Origin: Octopus bimaculoides
Lineage: Eukaryota
Assembly: GCF_001194135.2 (NCBI RefSeq)
Contig: NC_068981.1
Coordinates: forward strand, 125,735,916 to 125,774,672
DNA: 38,757 nt
Reading direction: 5' to 3'
Of the stretch, positions 23,076-34,254 are shown piece by piece. The notes under the pieces are model-generated. The model saw only the letters and a list, made by a program, of their open reading frames with translations, ran no database searches and was not told where the DNA came from. Position 1 is the stretch's first letter. Each line of letters opens with the position of its first letter. Made by a program: the position numbers and the translations under genes.

Positions 23076-24209
23076 TGATTATATAAATATATGTTTATTT
23101 ATATATCTGCATGGGTGCACTTGTGTAATTGTTTAAATTCCACATGTCTTCACCTGATGTCATTTTGAACCAAAACAGTGATGTCATGTTTACACACTCT
23201 GTAAACAATATATCTCCTGTGGTCTACACTTTTGACTTGTGACAACCTATGAGATTAGCCAAAATATTCCTTACCTGAAAAACTGGTAGGAGTTGGTGAC
23301 AGGGAGAGCATTAAGTCATAAAATACTGTCTCAATAAGCCTTTGTCCAACCCATGCCAGTATGAAAATGTGGACATAAAATGAGCAAATGACTACACATG
23401 TATACATGTTCATAGATGTTGCAATACACTCACATATATGAATGTGTGTTGAGTAAAACAGTGAGTGTGAATATGTGTGTAAGTACATATGTATATGTGT
23501 ATCTATGCATACATACATATATACCTACATACATACCTTCATACATACATACATACATACATACATACAATCAAAATCCACAGCTTTGGAAGGCCTGTAG
23601 TTGCATAGGTGCACAGAAGAGACACAACCTCCCCCTGTTATTTATTCTGATCTTCAATGTACCCCATGTTTTCCATCATCATCTACCTCCCTATTCATTC
23701 TTTGATGTTATTCTATATATGATATTGATATTAAATCAATGTCATATATACATTTTTTTTATTATAGATTTATCCACACATGACCATATTCATCAGAGGA
23801 TCTCATGGAATTATGTTTTTATTGTAATCTTTGTATATCCCCAAAGAGGACTAATTTTGTTAAAACTGCTGCAATCCATTTTTCTCATGTATATAAATTT
23901 CTCAATTTGCTTGTATGTGTTCCCTGCTATTTCAGTTGGATGGACTGTTTTTTTTTTGTTTTTTTGTTTCTGCTGGTTACCCTTATTCTGCTTTGTTCAG
24001 CACCTATTTGCATTTCACATTTTCTTGCAGTTATAGCAATACATATTGTGAGATCTGTAAGTTCTATTTTTATCCTATTAAATGAATATTGTGCACAAAC
24101 ACATATATATATAGACAGCAACAACAGTTGCAACATTCATAACAGCAAAGATATTAAATGTGTCATACAATCGGGAAGTATTTGATGCATAAATACCAGA
24201 ATAATTATA

Positions 24210-24765
24210 ATTGTTTTAATATAGGTACATGGCTAAAAATTTGAGAGTTTTTGACAGACAGTTTATTTTTAGACCCTGGAAGGAAGAAAGGCAGAGTTAA
24301 ATTCAGATGAATTTGAACCCAGAATGTAAAGAGCTGGAACAAATATGGCAAGGCATTTTGTTCAACATTCTAATGATTCCAATCCACCACCCTTGCAATA
24401 AGAGTAATAATAATTATTATAATAATAATCCTTTCTACTATAAGCACAAGGCCTGAAATTTTGTGCGAGGAGCTAGTCAATTGCATCGACCCCAGTGCTC
24501 AACTGGTGCTTGTTTTATCGACTTCTGTGCAATTTAACCTCAGAACATAAAAACAGAAGCAATGCTGCTAAGCATTTTGTCCAGCATGCTCATGATTCTG
24601 CCAGCTTGCTACTTTAATAATAATAGTAATTTTTTCTACTATAAGCACAAGGCCTGAAATTTGGTGGGAGGGGACCAGTCGATTGCATTGACCCCAGTGT
24701 TTCACTTGTATTGAATTTATTGACCTGAGAGGATGAAAAAGGCAAAGTTGATCTCAGTGGAATGT
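24210..24765 (-). mobile_element. Stack of three family B SINEs separated by (TAA)n
   Basis: Repeated reverse-strand tails (AATCCTTTCTACTATAAGCACAAGGCCTGAAATT at about 24428 and 24632) plus a diverged copy at about 24210-24395. Confidence 0.8.
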
Positions 24766-24819
24766 AATAATAATAATAATAATAATGGAATAGTTACTAT
24801 GAAGCATTGTGTAGAATAT

Positions 24820-25124
24820 ATTGTATAAAGGATTGTGGGTAAGGCCAGAACAATGCGAAGTAAATGCAAGTCAAATCACAAGAAAACAAATATATGAATT
24901 AATGTAGACTTACCTTGTATTCAATATTTCGGGTTATGACCCTATTGTCAAGAAATTAACGAATGTTGCCAATGTGCATGTGTGGACATGCACAAAAATG
25001 GGCTCATAACCCCGAAATATTGAATGCAAGGTAAGTCTACATTAATTCATATATTCGTTTTCTTGTGATTTGCCTTGCATTTACTTTACATTGTTCTGGC
25101 CTTAACTACAATCCTTTATACAAT
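24820..25124. repeat. Foldback / MITE-like inverted repeat with about 124-bp arms
   Basis: 24820-24943 is the reverse complement of about 24999-25124 with roughly 9 differences by eye. Confidence 0.9.
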
Positions 25125-25134
25125 GATAATGATA

Positions 25135-25350
25135 ATATTTGTTTCTAATTTAGGCACCAGGCCGACAGTTTGGAGGGAAGATGGTTTGTCTATCATCAAC
25201 CCTGGTACTAAACTGGTATTCTGTTTTATCAGTTCTGGAGAGAGAAAGGTAAAGTTGACTTCAGCAGAATTTGAAATTGGAATGTAAAGAGCTAGAAGAA
25301 ATGTTGCAAGGAATTTTTCAAATGCTTTTATGATTCCTTCGGCTTGCTGA
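25135..25350 (-). mobile_element. SINE family B, diverged
   Basis: GGCACCAGGCC tail; AAAGGTAAAGTTGACTTCAGCAGAATTTGAA core and B-box in reverse. Confidence 0.7.
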
Positions 25351-25399
25351 TATGTTTACAAATGACTAGATAAAGACGAAATAGAAAAATCACTGTAGC

Positions 25400-26140
25400 A
25401 TTAATAGAAACAGATTTTTGGGTAAAGTTTGGGTATTTCTACAAAGCAACAAGTGCAACACTAGAACAAAGGGAGGGAGAAATAACAACTCAAAGATTTA
25501 TTCAAATGCAATTAATGTTTGTCAGAATAAACAAAGACAATTTGCTGAAAAAAGACAGGAACAATACTTGAGTGGCTCACTAAGGAGGGGAAAAAAATAC
25601 TATCTCCAACTCTAAAGAAACATCAAACGCCATATAGTTTTTCTTCCTTACAATAATCATATTGCAAAGGATGATTGCTTATCTGGAAACAACATACTTC
25701 CAGAAAAATAAGAAAGCTTGAACAGGTGAAAAACAAAATCAGTTACTGATCAATAAAGCTATTAGTGAAAATTATAAAAAGGAGGAAGACAAGTCTGACC
25801 TTAGTAGAGATTGATTAGCAGAAGGCTTTTAAGTGTGTTCTCTACTCTTGGATTTTGGAAACATTAGCTATGCATTAGATTGCATCAATAACCAATGTGT
25901 ACATCAAACATATTTTAAATAAATATAAGGAGGTTAGAACATTTTAGAGGTATAAAGACCTGGGAATCAAAATAGCAAAAATGTGTGGAATACGGGCATA
26001 AAAGTGATCCCACAGTGTTAGGAATTTTGATGCATGGTATAGAAAAAAGAATGAATTGTCTGGGAGACCCTCCATGGGAGAAATGTAAAAAAATAGCACT
26101 CTTAAGACATGCTGATATTCTCTGTAAAACACTATCTATA
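25400..26140 (+). mobile_element. R4/Dong-clade non-LTR retrotransposon remnant, internally deleted (RT joined to C-terminal endonuclease region)
   Basis: Decayed IPEWLTKG.., GNNILPEK, D*QKAF..YSWILETLAM, then YKDLGI.I.KM and CKKIALLRHADILCKTLS (ORF 25985..26185). Confidence 0.75.
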
Positions 26141-26228
26141 AACAAAGGAAAAGAAAGTTTTATAATAAAATCTATTCTATTGTAGAGTTGTAGAAAAGTT
26201 CTGCTGAAAATGTATAACTTTAATAGGA

Positions 26229-26465
26229 CAACAACAACAACAATAATAATAATCCTTTCCACTAAAGACATATGGCCTGAAATTTTGGGGGAGGAGACTA
26301 GTTGATTACATCAACTCCAGTGTTTCACTGGTACTTCATTTATTGACCCTGAAAGGATGAAAGGCAAAGTCAACTTCGGTGAAATTTGAACTCAGAACAT
26401 AGAGACAGACGAAATGCCACTAAGCATTTTGCCCAGCATGCTAACAATTCTGCCAGCTCACCTCC
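26229..26465 (-). mobile_element. SINE family B, full length with (TAT)/(TGT) tail
   Basis: Complete head-core-tail in reverse; GGATGAAAGGCAAAGTCAAC, ATTTGAACTCAGAAC. Confidence 0.85.
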
Positions 26466-26494
26466 TTCTTATAATAATAATAGTGGTGGCAGTA

Positions 26495-26625
26495 GCAGTA
26501 GTAGTTTCTGATTTAGGCACAATGTCAGTAACTTTTAAGGGAGGTGGTTAAGTGATTATGTTTGCCTCAAATACTTGATAGGAATAGGTGGCTAGTTGCT
26601 TTTACCAAACTCAGTACTTGACAGG
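26495..26625 (-). mobile_element. SINE family B 3' fragment, diverged
   Basis: TTAGGCACAATG tail and GACAGGTACTTATTTTAT core remnant. Confidence 0.5.
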
Positions 26626-26969
26626 TACTTATTTTATATATATATATAAAAAAAAAAAGATGAAAGCATTAGCCACATAGTGAATATACAAAAGGAAATA
26701 CAATAATATTTGTGCTCATTATTTATTAGAAACTATAAGGAAAATCTAATTTAGACAGAGTTGATAGGTGTTATGAATACCAACCTAATGCAGTGGAAGA
26801 AAATGAAGAACTTAAATGCAGTGTTTGAACATTCAATGTTATTATGTGATTGAGGAAAGAAGACCAGAAATTGTTATCATCAACAAAAGAAAAACACTGC
26901 ACAAATTTTGACACCATCTTTCCATCTTTTATTATATGCACACCACACTTCTTTCATTACATTGTCATT

Positions 26970-28830
26970 ATGAAATAAATGAACAGTCTTCTCTCCAGTT
27001 TTCACACTTTCTGAATAGTTTATGGTTGTCTATAAATAAAATAGGATTAATTTCAAAATGTTTCTTTCCCTGTTGATACCCAACTCCTGTATTTTGCAAT
27101 ATGAATGTCATTGGTATCATGCACAATACAAACAATAAGTGCAACATGCTATCATTTTTGGACAATTCCTCCTCTTATTTTAGCTTCACCTCACACTTCT
27201 CCTGGCTTTGTCAAGTCAATCTTTTGTGTGTGCATATTACTTCTGATTAAATTGGTTATTGCTAAGCTGGATAGTTTTTTTGCATTCTGCTATCTAAGAG
27301 ATCTACCTTGGTATATGCTTTTATATATTCTATCTTCACCATTGCTAAATTGGTATGTCTTTTCTTATGATCATTTAGCATTGTTTTGTAATTTACAATT
27401 GATGTTTTGTCCCTCTGTTATTTTTAGAATAACATTTTTATTCATAAGATGGTATTAATTGTTCTTCAAAGAGAGAATACATACATTCTGCATTCATTCT
27501 GTTTAGTAACTTCTGGTCAGAACTTATCAACTGCATTTTCTTTCACCAGGTCCTTAAAGTTTGATTTAGCTTCCCTATATGGCATATGTGAAAGTATTGG
27601 TTTCATTTTATTTAAGGGGCTATCCAGCTGAAAATCAATATTTCCATTCAAAAAGCTTAATTTCTTTAACCAGTAACTTTGAATAGGCCTTGGTACTTTC
27701 CATTTTGGGATTCTACATCATAGTTTACTTACGAACATTAATTTAATACATATATCATTTGGAGGGTGTAACCACTTTTTCCTGCTTTAATTCTTCTAAC
27801 CATTTAGCATTCAACTTGTACCCTCTTTTTCCCCCCCACCTTAATGTCATTCCAGAACCTCTCACTTCCTTGTATATGATGCCTCCTTTTTTTACTTCTG
27901 GAAAAAAGAATTCTTTCTCCATGCCTCTGGTACAGTTTTGTGTATTGTGATATATTCATTATTTGTATCATTTAACTTAGTGTCTTTGCCATCATCCTTT
28001 GTTCTGATACTATAGACATTGCAAGATCCTCTTTTTTATGCAGCACTCCCTATCTAATTTGCTATCCTTCCCTATAATTTTCAATTGCTTTTTTTTCTTT
28101 CCAAAACATTATTAATGTCTTTCCTCACAACCCCATCTCTGTAATCCCTAATATTCTTCAACACCACTTTTTCTTGTAAGTGTGTATTTTTCCTGTATCC
28201 TTTAGACCTATCTCATTAGCTTCATATCTATTTGCTACTCTATACAATCTGTTTGTTTTGACATTATTTGGGGCATAGATGATGATTGAATTCATCTTCA
28301 TAATCTCATTTCAACATTTTTGAAAAATACGTAAGTCGGTTTTTTTTTTCAACTATCTCAGTCCCTCTTGTTTGATTATCTTCACTTAATTCATTGTCAC
28401 TGTTCATCATATATTTCTTTCCTATAGTAATTCTATTTTCTCTTTCATACTATTTTCTACTCGCTTATCTTCTCTGTCTTGATCTACATTGCTTTTGTCA
28501 TCCATATCCAAGGATGCCCTCCCTTCTTCTACTTCAAATTATAATGCAGACAGCATTCTTTTTTCCAATAGACCTAACTTGATCACAGATTGTTCTATTA
28601 CATCAAAGAAGTTCTTTCTTTTTTACTTTTGTTACATTCTCTATTTGTATTCTCTCACTAGAATTCTATCTTGGTTTACTGGGTTCCTTTGAAAATAATA
28701 TTCCATAACAGCTACATTCATCTGCTTGCTCCATTTCTTATGTTCTATGGCTGAATGACATTTGGATAGTGTCTGGTGTCCTACACTAATTCTACTTGGC
28801 AAGGAACCATTGTTTTTAATTTTGATCCTA
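26970..28830 (-). mobile_element. R4/Dong-clade non-LTR retrotransposon remnant (N-terminus through RT YxDD region)
   Basis: KKWSKQMNVAVMEYYFQRNP, FFDVIEQ..DQVRSI, FWNDI, NAKWLEELKQ, IPKWKVP..IQSYWLKKL, LLFVLCMIPMT..GY..INPILFIDNHKLF (equivalent to LFMDDLKL). Confidence 0.85.
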
Positions 28831-29239
28831 TTCAAGCCATTATCAAATCAATTTGATTAGGATTTTGCATCAGTACACTGAAGAAAACCCACCCCACCAT
28901 GCAGTAGTGGTAACATTGTAACAGTTGTGACATTTGTGGCACAGGTGCGGCACATTTCTGTGACAGGTGCAAGATACCTGCTGTGATGACATTTTTATAC
29001 AGAAAACTCATTTATACCACTGTTTATTAACTTTTCCTGCTGTATAGTTATTTTACTTCCGAATATTAATAGTACCAACCCCACAAGGTTAATTTTATTT
29101 ATGTCATATTAGTTGTTATTATTGTTAATCTGTATAAAAATAAAGCAGAAATTTTTATTGATATTTGTTTTCGTTTGTTTTTTTCTCATTTTTTCAATAT
29201 TTCTCATCATATCAAGTAGACATTGGACATATTTACTAA

Positions 29240-29380
29240 AATCACTATCACTCCAATAATCATCACCACCACCACCACCATTATCATCATTATTGCCACC
29301 ACCATCATCACAATCACCATCATTATCACAACTACCACTACCGCTAACAACATCCCCACCATCATCACCATTGACATTTT
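29240..29380. repeat. (CAT/CAC)n trinucleotide microsatellite
   Basis: Direct reading. Confidence 0.9.
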
Positions 29381-29899
29381 TGATAATGTACGCAGATGTT
29401 TGTATAAGAAAAGTAATAATTTGCCAGACTTCTTTCATAATTTCTAGACCATACTATACTACACACCTGACCATCCTTAGATGGTTCTAGTTGAATGTCA
29501 ATTTTTCAGAAAGGTCATTTTGTTTTCACCGTTTCTGGATAATGAGATGCTGTAAGTGGCCTCCACAACCCATCTCACTGTACATCATAATTGTCTGTAA
29601 AGAGAGAGCTGAACATGTATGTGTATGTGCACGCACGTACACACATACACGCATATGCACATGCATACACACACACACACACACGCACACACACATACGG
29701 GCACATTTCATGTTAGCTTAGAAACAATGAATCTTACCTGAATTTTCTGACTCAAGTCAAATTGTACAAACCATTCCAAATCTTTGTTAAAGTATCCAAG
29801 TAAATGAAATAAGGACTGACTTGCTTGTACCAGCATGAAGTCATAGAATACATAATAATGAAGCCAAACCAAGTAATGATATTTTGAATGCATTTAATA

Positions 29900-30105
29900 C
29901 ACAAATTTCAGATCACTGCATAAAAAATAATAAAAGCGGTATTTCATCTGTCTTTACATACTGAGTTCAAATTCCACCAAGGTCAACTTTAACTTTCATC
30001 CTTTTGGGGTTGATAAATTAAGTTCCAGTTGCATACTGGGTTGATCTAATCGAATGACCCCTCCCCAAAAATTTCGGGCCTTGTGCCTAGAGTAGGAAGG
30101 AATAA
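29900..30105 (+). mobile_element. SINE family B
   Basis: CTGAGTTCAAATTCCACCAAGGTCAACTTTAACTTTCATCCTTTTGGGG..GGGCCTTGTGCCTAGAGTAGGAAGGAATA. Confidence 0.85.
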
Positions 30106-30274
30106 AATAATATTATGTCTTATTCAACAATGTCATCACTGTGAAAGATGTTGTGTAAGATATGAATTCCTTTTTCATCTCTTCAGTGACCACAAACATG
30201 CATATTAAATGCATTCAAAATATCAAAACTTGGTTTAACTTCACTATATACGTATATGTATGTGTGTGTATATA

Positions 30275-30483
30275 CAGGGTGTCCACAAAGTCTGGGTACA
30301 TAGGGATTAACACGTACTTTAAGAAATTATTATTTCCTATATTTAATTGCTTATGTTATGATTTTATTTGCTCCATGTACCCACATGGGGACTAACACAT
30401 ACTTTAAACTATTATTTCTTATATTTAATTGTTTATGTTATGATTTTATTTATGCCATGTACCCAGACCTTGTGGATACCCTG
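30275..30483. mobile_element. Tc1/mariner-type MITE (209 bp) with internal tandem duplication
   Basis: TIRs CAGGGTGTCCACAAAGTCTGGGTACAT / ATGTACCCAGACCTTGTGGATACCCTG; TA on both sides (30273-30274, 30484-30485). Confidence 0.9.
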
Positions 30484-30486
30484 TAT

Positions 30487-30586
30487 NNNNNNNNNNNNNN
30501 NNNNNNNNNNNNNNNNNNNNNNNNNNNNNNNNNNNNNNNNNNNNNNNNNNNNNNNNNNNNNNNNNNNNNNNNNNNNNNNNNNNNNN
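30487..30586. other. Assembly gap (100 N)
   Basis: N run. Confidence 1.
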
Positions 30587-30891
30587 TATATATATATATA
30601 TATATACAAAGCAGAAATATATACATCACTAAAGTAACAAAGGGTACTAATCAGTACCAGTATTGCTAGAAATAAAAGTCAAAACAACTCAACACCCACA
30701 GAAGCACTATCTTAATGACTGACCAGGGAGACAAGGTATAGCCAGATCATTAATGATTTTCCCTTTTGATGCTTAATGCATCTTAATGCTCATTGATGGC
30801 TCTCACTGTGCCTAAGGTTAAACTCAGCTCATCTGGTCAGCTTATAAGATTTCTGTTGAAATCGTATGCTAATTTCATAAACGGTAAAAGT

Positions 30892-31271
30892 CATCATCAT
30901 CATCATTTAACATCCGCTTTCCATGCTAGCATGGGTTGGACGATTTGACTGGGGACTGGTGAACCAGATGGCTACACCAGACTCCAATCTGATCTGGCAG
31001 AGTTTCTACAGCTGGTTGCCCTTCCTAACGCCAACCACTCCGAGAGTGTAGTGGATGCTTTTTACGTGCCACCGGCATGAGGGCCAGTCTATCAGTACTG
31101 GCAGCAGCCACGCTCAAATGGTGCTTTTTACGTGCCACCTGCATGGGAGTCAGTCCAATGTTTTGTTCACATGCCACCGACACAAATGCCAGTAAGGCAA
31201 AGCTGGAAACGATCATGCTCAAATGGTGCATTTTACGTGCCACCGGCACGGAAGTGAGATCGCTGCTCTGG
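30892..31271 (-). mobile_element. Family C element running into the gap
   Basis: (CAT)n followed by TTTAACATCCGCTTTCCATGCTAGCATGGG; reverse complement of the 34254 end. Confidence 0.9.
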
Positions 31272-31765
31272 NNNNNNNNNNNNNNNNNNNNNNNNNNNNN
31301 NNNNNNNNNNNNNNNNNNNNNNNNNNNNNNNNNNNNNNNNNNNNNNNNNNNNNNNNNNNNNNNNNNNNNNNNNNNNNNNNNNNNNNNNNNNNNNNNNNNN
31401 NNNNNNNNNNNNNNNNNNNNNNNNNNNNNNNNNNNNNNNNNNNNNNNNNNNNNNNNNNNNNNNNNNNNNNNNNNNNNNNNNNNNNNNNNNNNNNNNNNNN
31501 NNNNNNNNNNNNNNNNNNNNNNNNNNNNNNNNNNNNNNNNNNNNNNNNNNNNNNNNNNNNNNNNNNNNNNNNNNNNNNNNNNNNNNNNNNNNNNNNNNNN
31601 NNNNNNNNNNNNNNNNNNNNNNNNNNNNNNNNNNNNNNNNNNNNNNNNNNNNNNNNNNNNNNNNNNNNNNNNNNNNNNNNNNNNNNNNNNNNNNNNNNNN
31701 NNNNNNNNNNNNNNNNNNNNNNNNNNNNNNNNNNNNNNNNNNNNNNNNNNNNNNNNNNNNNNNNN
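31272..31765. other. Assembly gap (494 N)
   Basis: N run. Confidence 1.
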
Positions 31766-32729
31766 ATATATAAAATGTATGTACTGAAGAATTCCTTTCC
31801 CATGAAGATTCATGCATTTCCAAATTGCAACTGGGTATTAAACATAATTTGTCTATGAATTTTCTTTTGATGATACATTTGAATAATTTACAGAATGTAC
31901 ATTTGAGAGCAGGTCAAAATAGGAGATTTAGTTTGTCTTTTAATTATAAAATCATAAATTACATAATCTTTACACATGTTTCATTAGTGAATGCTAGTAT
32001 GTTGTGCAGTAATTATTATATATATGATTGCATAATCACACAGAAACATCAGATCTCAGAAGAAAATGGTGATATATCCATTGGTATATACCAACTTTAG
32101 TTAATGTTGCTAGATGTATAGTTTGTCGTTTTAATAAGGATATACATGTCTGTCTGTATGTGTGTGTGTGTGTATTTATATAATAAACAAGTGTGAACAC
32201 ACATGCATGTGTGTATGTATATATATATGTGTGTGTGTGTGTGTAGTTACATATATATACATGCATGTGTGTATGTATATATGTGTGTGTAGTTACATAT
32301 ATATATGATAAGCAGGAATATCACCTTGTTTAAACCCATTATTGACGGAAATTGGCTCTTAGACTGAACCATTGAAGTTAAAATGAGCTTCCATATCACA
32401 ATGGTGTTGCTTAAACAAGTTGACAAATTGAGGTGAAGATCCAAGTTTACCAAGAATGGTTGAGAGAGTAGTCCTATTAACACTGTTGAAGGCTTTTGTT
32501 AAGTTCATTAAGACCTGGTAAAGAGCTATGCGATGTTTAGTGCATTTCTAATGAAGATGATGAACAGAATAAATCATATCCATTGTACTTATTGTATTAA
32601 TTTGTTTTTTTATCTCATCTATAGTGGGATGGTCCATCACCTCAAAGATATTATTCTTTCGAGGCAGATTATTGATGGCATTTTCATCAACAACTAAGGG
32701 ATTATAAAAAAAATAAGGTCACTGCAAGG

Positions 32730-32808
32730 TCTCACTGCACACACAACAGTGTGCTGTCATCTGTTGGCATGCTACAGAACTAGTTCGTGAACTTTTTGAT
32801 ATCACCTC

Positions 32809-32809
<1 letters not shown>
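32730..32809. mobile_element. Solitary mariner-type terminal fragment
   Basis: Reverse strand reads TA-CGAGGTGATATCAAAAAGTTC, resembling CGAG-starting mariner TIRs; no partner end found. Confidence 0.5.
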
Positions 32810-32856
<47 letters not shown>

Positions 32857-33092
32857 TTATTCATGTTCAGTTATAATAAAAACAATTTTACGTTAATCTG
32901 ATGGGTTACTCTATACTTTTGTAGAGTACAAATTTATTATTCCTATATAAGTATGTTGTTGACACTGACTTTGAAGCTTTGGCCAGCTCAGTCTGTTGAA
33001 GGCTTAGTTGTTTGAAACTTCAAAGTCACTGTCAACAATTTTCTTGTATAAGAATAATGTTTATATACATACATATATATATACATACATAC

Positions 33093-33123
<31 letters not shown>

Positions 33124-33130
33124 TATATAA

Positions 33131-33644
33131 ATAATTGTCACTAAATGTGACTACGGTGTTAGGAAACACATTGCTAGAAATAAGAGCTAAAGTGCTCCAA
33201 TGCTGTAGTTCATGCACATGAATGCAAACATATGCTCTAACGGAGACTATAGTTGTCCGAAAAATGCCGATGACGAATTCTTAATATTGATGTTGGATCC
33301 GGAAATTTCTGCTGCCTCATCAATTAAGCCTACTCAATTGTTCGGCTTTTAGCATTTACGTTTTCGCCATCCAAATTATTGGATGATTTAGTGATTCACT
33401 AATGTGTATATTTAAAATTAATATAAACAGCAGTTTGCAATGTTTCACCAAACAGGAGAACTATAATTGTCACTAAATGTTAACTAGGGTGTTAGGAAAC
33501 ACCTACATTGCTAGGAATAAGAGCATTGGAGCACTTTAGCTCTTATTTCTAGCAATGTAGGTGTTTCCTAACACCCTAGTCACATTTAGTAACAATTATA
33601 ATTCTCTTTTTGGTTAAACATTGCAAACTGCTGTTTATATTAAT
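33131..33644. repeat. Three-arm inverted repeat complex (107-bp hairpin plus an upstream direct copy)
   Basis: 33417-33524 pairs with 33539-33644 (14-nt loop); 33131-33204 is the reverse complement of about 33522-33599. Confidence 0.95.
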
Positions 33645-33652
33645 CTTATATA

Positions 33653-34254
33653 TAGACTGGCACCCATGCCAACGTCTTCATTGAACACTAAACTTGGAAT
33701 TTGTAGACTGGCACCCATGCCAACGTCAACGTCTTCATTGAACACTAAACTCGGCTTGCGAAGACCTGTTGGGGCAAGCGAAAGCGAAATCGTGATGGCA
33801 CCAGTACCAGTAAATCACTAAGAGCACTGTCCGAGTGTGATCGTTGCCAGAGCACCAGCTGTCTGGCTTTTGTGCTAGTGGCACGTAAATAGCACCATTT
33901 GAGCGTGACCGTTACCAACGTCGCCTTCCTGGCACTTGTGCCAGTGACACGTGAAAAGACATTCAAGCGAGTTCGTTGCCAGTCCCGCTGGACTGGCTCC
34001 TGTGCAGGTGGTACGTAAAATACACCATTTCGAGCATGGCCATTGCCAGTACCCCCTGACTGGCCTTCGTGCCGGTGGCATGTAAAAGCACCCACTACAC
34101 TCTCTGAGTGGTTGGCATTAGGAAGGGAATCCAGCTGTAGAAACTCTGCCAAATCGGATTGGAGCCTGGTGTAGCCATCTGGTTTCACCAGTCCTCAGTC
34201 AAATCGTCCAACCCATGCTAGCATGGAAAGCGGACGTTAAACGATGATGATGAT
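33653..34254 (+). mobile_element. Longest family C copy, with internal tandem modules and a 5' direct repeat
   Basis: Direct repeat 33653-33694 / 33704-33751; repeated GGCACGTAAA..CACCATT modules; (GAT)n tail. Confidence 0.9.

Noticed and set aside
23416-24185. 206-aa and 126-aa hydrophobic ORFs
   Set aside because: Low-complexity T-rich antisense of a purine-rich decayed repeat, possibly a LINE endonuclease remnant; no recognisable domain.
32300-32720. Acceptor-like site at about 32624 and a peptide LSSLRPGKELCDV faintly like M24-fold proteins
   Set aside because: Stops in all frames and the similarity is too short to support a call.
33653-33751. Two direct repeats with a short spacer, superficially CRISPR-like
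   Set aside because: Only two units with a 9-bp spacer, inside a eukaryotic retroelement, and no cas genes.
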